NCBI GenBank assembly: GCA_030390025.1
Contig: CM059432.1
Coordinates: 78,804,001-78,868,000 of the forward strand
Source of the DNA: Squalus acanthias
Lineage: Eukaryota
Reading direction: 5' to 3'
DNA: 64,000 bases
This document shows, in pieces, positions 62,782 to 64,000 of this stretch. The notes below the pieces were generated by a model. That model searched no databases. It worked only from the letters and a program-made list of their open reading frames with translations, and was not told where the DNA came from. The translations under genes and the position numbers were made by a program. Positions within the stretch are counted from its first letter, which is position 1. Each line of letters opens with the position of its first letter.

Positions 62782-63065
62782 GCTTACGCTTCAAACACAG
62801 GTGGCTGGCAGATGGAGATGAAGATAAGGTTGAGATTCTTAACACACCATACATCATCTGTCCAATAAACGGTGCTTTCCGATCACTGTCACCACCATCA
62901 TTATAAATGGAATTACCCCTGAGCCCTCACTGTGCAACCTCCATTTCCCAGAACACATAGACCAGAACCTCAACTCTTTGCCATCACTTTTGTTAATGAC
63001 ATCACAAAAGGAGGACACTCGATAATTTACAGCACAATCTAACACCCATGTGATTACCCTTGTGA

Positions 63066-63950
63066 CTATTTGTGTGTTAACTTCCTCTTACGCGTGCTTC
63101 TACGTGGTGCTTCCCCTGTGGCTTCAGCAGATGTAGAGGCACCTTGCTCACTTTGATGTTGCGCCTGCTTAGATGCCTTTGGCGGGCGTCCTCTGGGTTT
63201 GGGAGCCTGGGAGGGCTCCTCCACAGTCTGCTGTTCCTGTGGCTGTGCAGGGGCTGAGACGGCCATCTCAGTTTGGTGTGGAATGTGGGGCTCTGACCGA
63301 GGGCTCCGCAGTGGCATGGTCGTGTGAGCGCTTGGAGAGGAGCCCACACTTCCTTGTTGCCTGCCACCAACATCCCTCTCATGGGTCAGCCGCACTTCAG
63401 TGCTAGCAAGTGGCTGGAGAGCACCTTGTTGCACATCAGTGGGGCCATGAGGACCCGTATCTGTACTGACAGTCCTCATAACAAGGACGGCCATGAAGCT
63501 CTGGTGTCTCTCCTGAATAGATGCCCATCTCTCCTCCATTGCAGACAATCTATTTTGAAGAGTCACCATGTTTTCGTGAGTCTGGCGACTTATGTCCTCC
63601 ATGGCGGTTGCCACCCTCTCCATGGCGGAACGTTCATGTCCCATTGCCTCCACAAAGGCAGTGCTCATGTTTGAGATGGACTCCTCCATTCTCTGCACAC
63701 TCGCAGTTACCCTGGATGCAAACCCTGTCAAAGACTCCTGCACTTGTTCCTGGAGTTCCAGCACTGCTCTCTTTCTGGATGGCCCCAGAGGCACAGCGTC
63801 TACATGCAGCTGAGCAGAGCTAGGAGAGTCCTGCCACCTCCGACGAGGATTCTCCACTGCTGTCGCTGTCTCCGCCATCTGCTGATGCTCACTTGTGAGC
63901 TGTGATACACCAGGTGACAACACTACTCTATGTGCCGAAGGACCCACCAA
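63066..63950 (-). CDS. C-terminal part of the Harbinger second (Myb/SANT-type accessory) ORF, 294 aa open
   Basis: Homologous to fragments at 14126-15127 (RMEES.SN, EATGEAPRRSTRKRK basic tail); convergent to the transposase. Confidence 0.72.
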   Translation of the reverse strand: MVGPSAHRVVLSPGVSQLTSEHQQMAETATAVENPRRRWQDSPSSAQLHVDAVPLGPSRKRAVLELQEQVQESLTGFASRVTASVQRMEESISNMSTAFVEAMGHERSAMERVATAMEDISRQTHENMVTLQNRLSAMEERWASIQERHQSFMAVLVMRTVSTDTGPHGPTDVQQGALQPLASTEVRLTHERDVGGRQQGSVGSSPSAHTTMPLRSPRSEPHIPHQTEMAVSAPAQPQEQQTVEEPSQAPKPRGRPPKASKQAQHQSEQGASTSAEATGEAPRRSTRKRKLTHK

Positions 63951-64000
63951 GGTGTGCGTTTCTGCGCTGGTGCTGGGTGCGCTGAGTCCTGGTGACGCAG

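Larger units (their letters stand above)
60407..64000. mobile_element. PIF/Harbinger element E (best preserved; continues past the window end)
   Basis: TTA then GGCCGCGATTTTAA terminus; convergent transposase (+) and second ORF (-). Confidence 0.9.

Overview
This is eukaryotic (vertebrate) genomic DNA. The repeat content (CR1 LINEs with HE1/HER1-type tails, a SacSINE1/DeuSINE-like SINE, Penelope-type pseudo-LTR fragments, Harbinger elements) points to a cartilaginous fish, which is an inference. The only host gene is ADHFE1 (hydroxyacid-oxoacid transhydrogenase) on the + strand. I read 13 coding exons directly (3172-59432, 1311 nt = 437 codons, all GT-AG with consistent phases); the last exon lies beyond the window. 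The introns are packed with nested TEs: many CR1 and CR1/L2-group LINEs, L2, at least six PIF/Harbinger elements, Harbinger-type and Tigger-type MITEs, and SINEs. The most notable feature is a 4.4-kb ERV-like LTR element (24049-28468, minus strand, CCGAG TSD) inserted in a Harbinger transposase. It carries gag (CCHC knuckle), a protease fused to the integrase tail (RT, RNase H and IN core deleted), and an env-position ORF with a splice acceptor, signal peptide and two tandem Ig-like domains. Also notable is an intact minimal hammerhead ribozyme in a Penelope-type insertion (49390-49424, minus), with two further micro-insertions of the same family. TE boundaries without a TSD/TIR are approximate. 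All family assignments come from motif recognition, not database searches.
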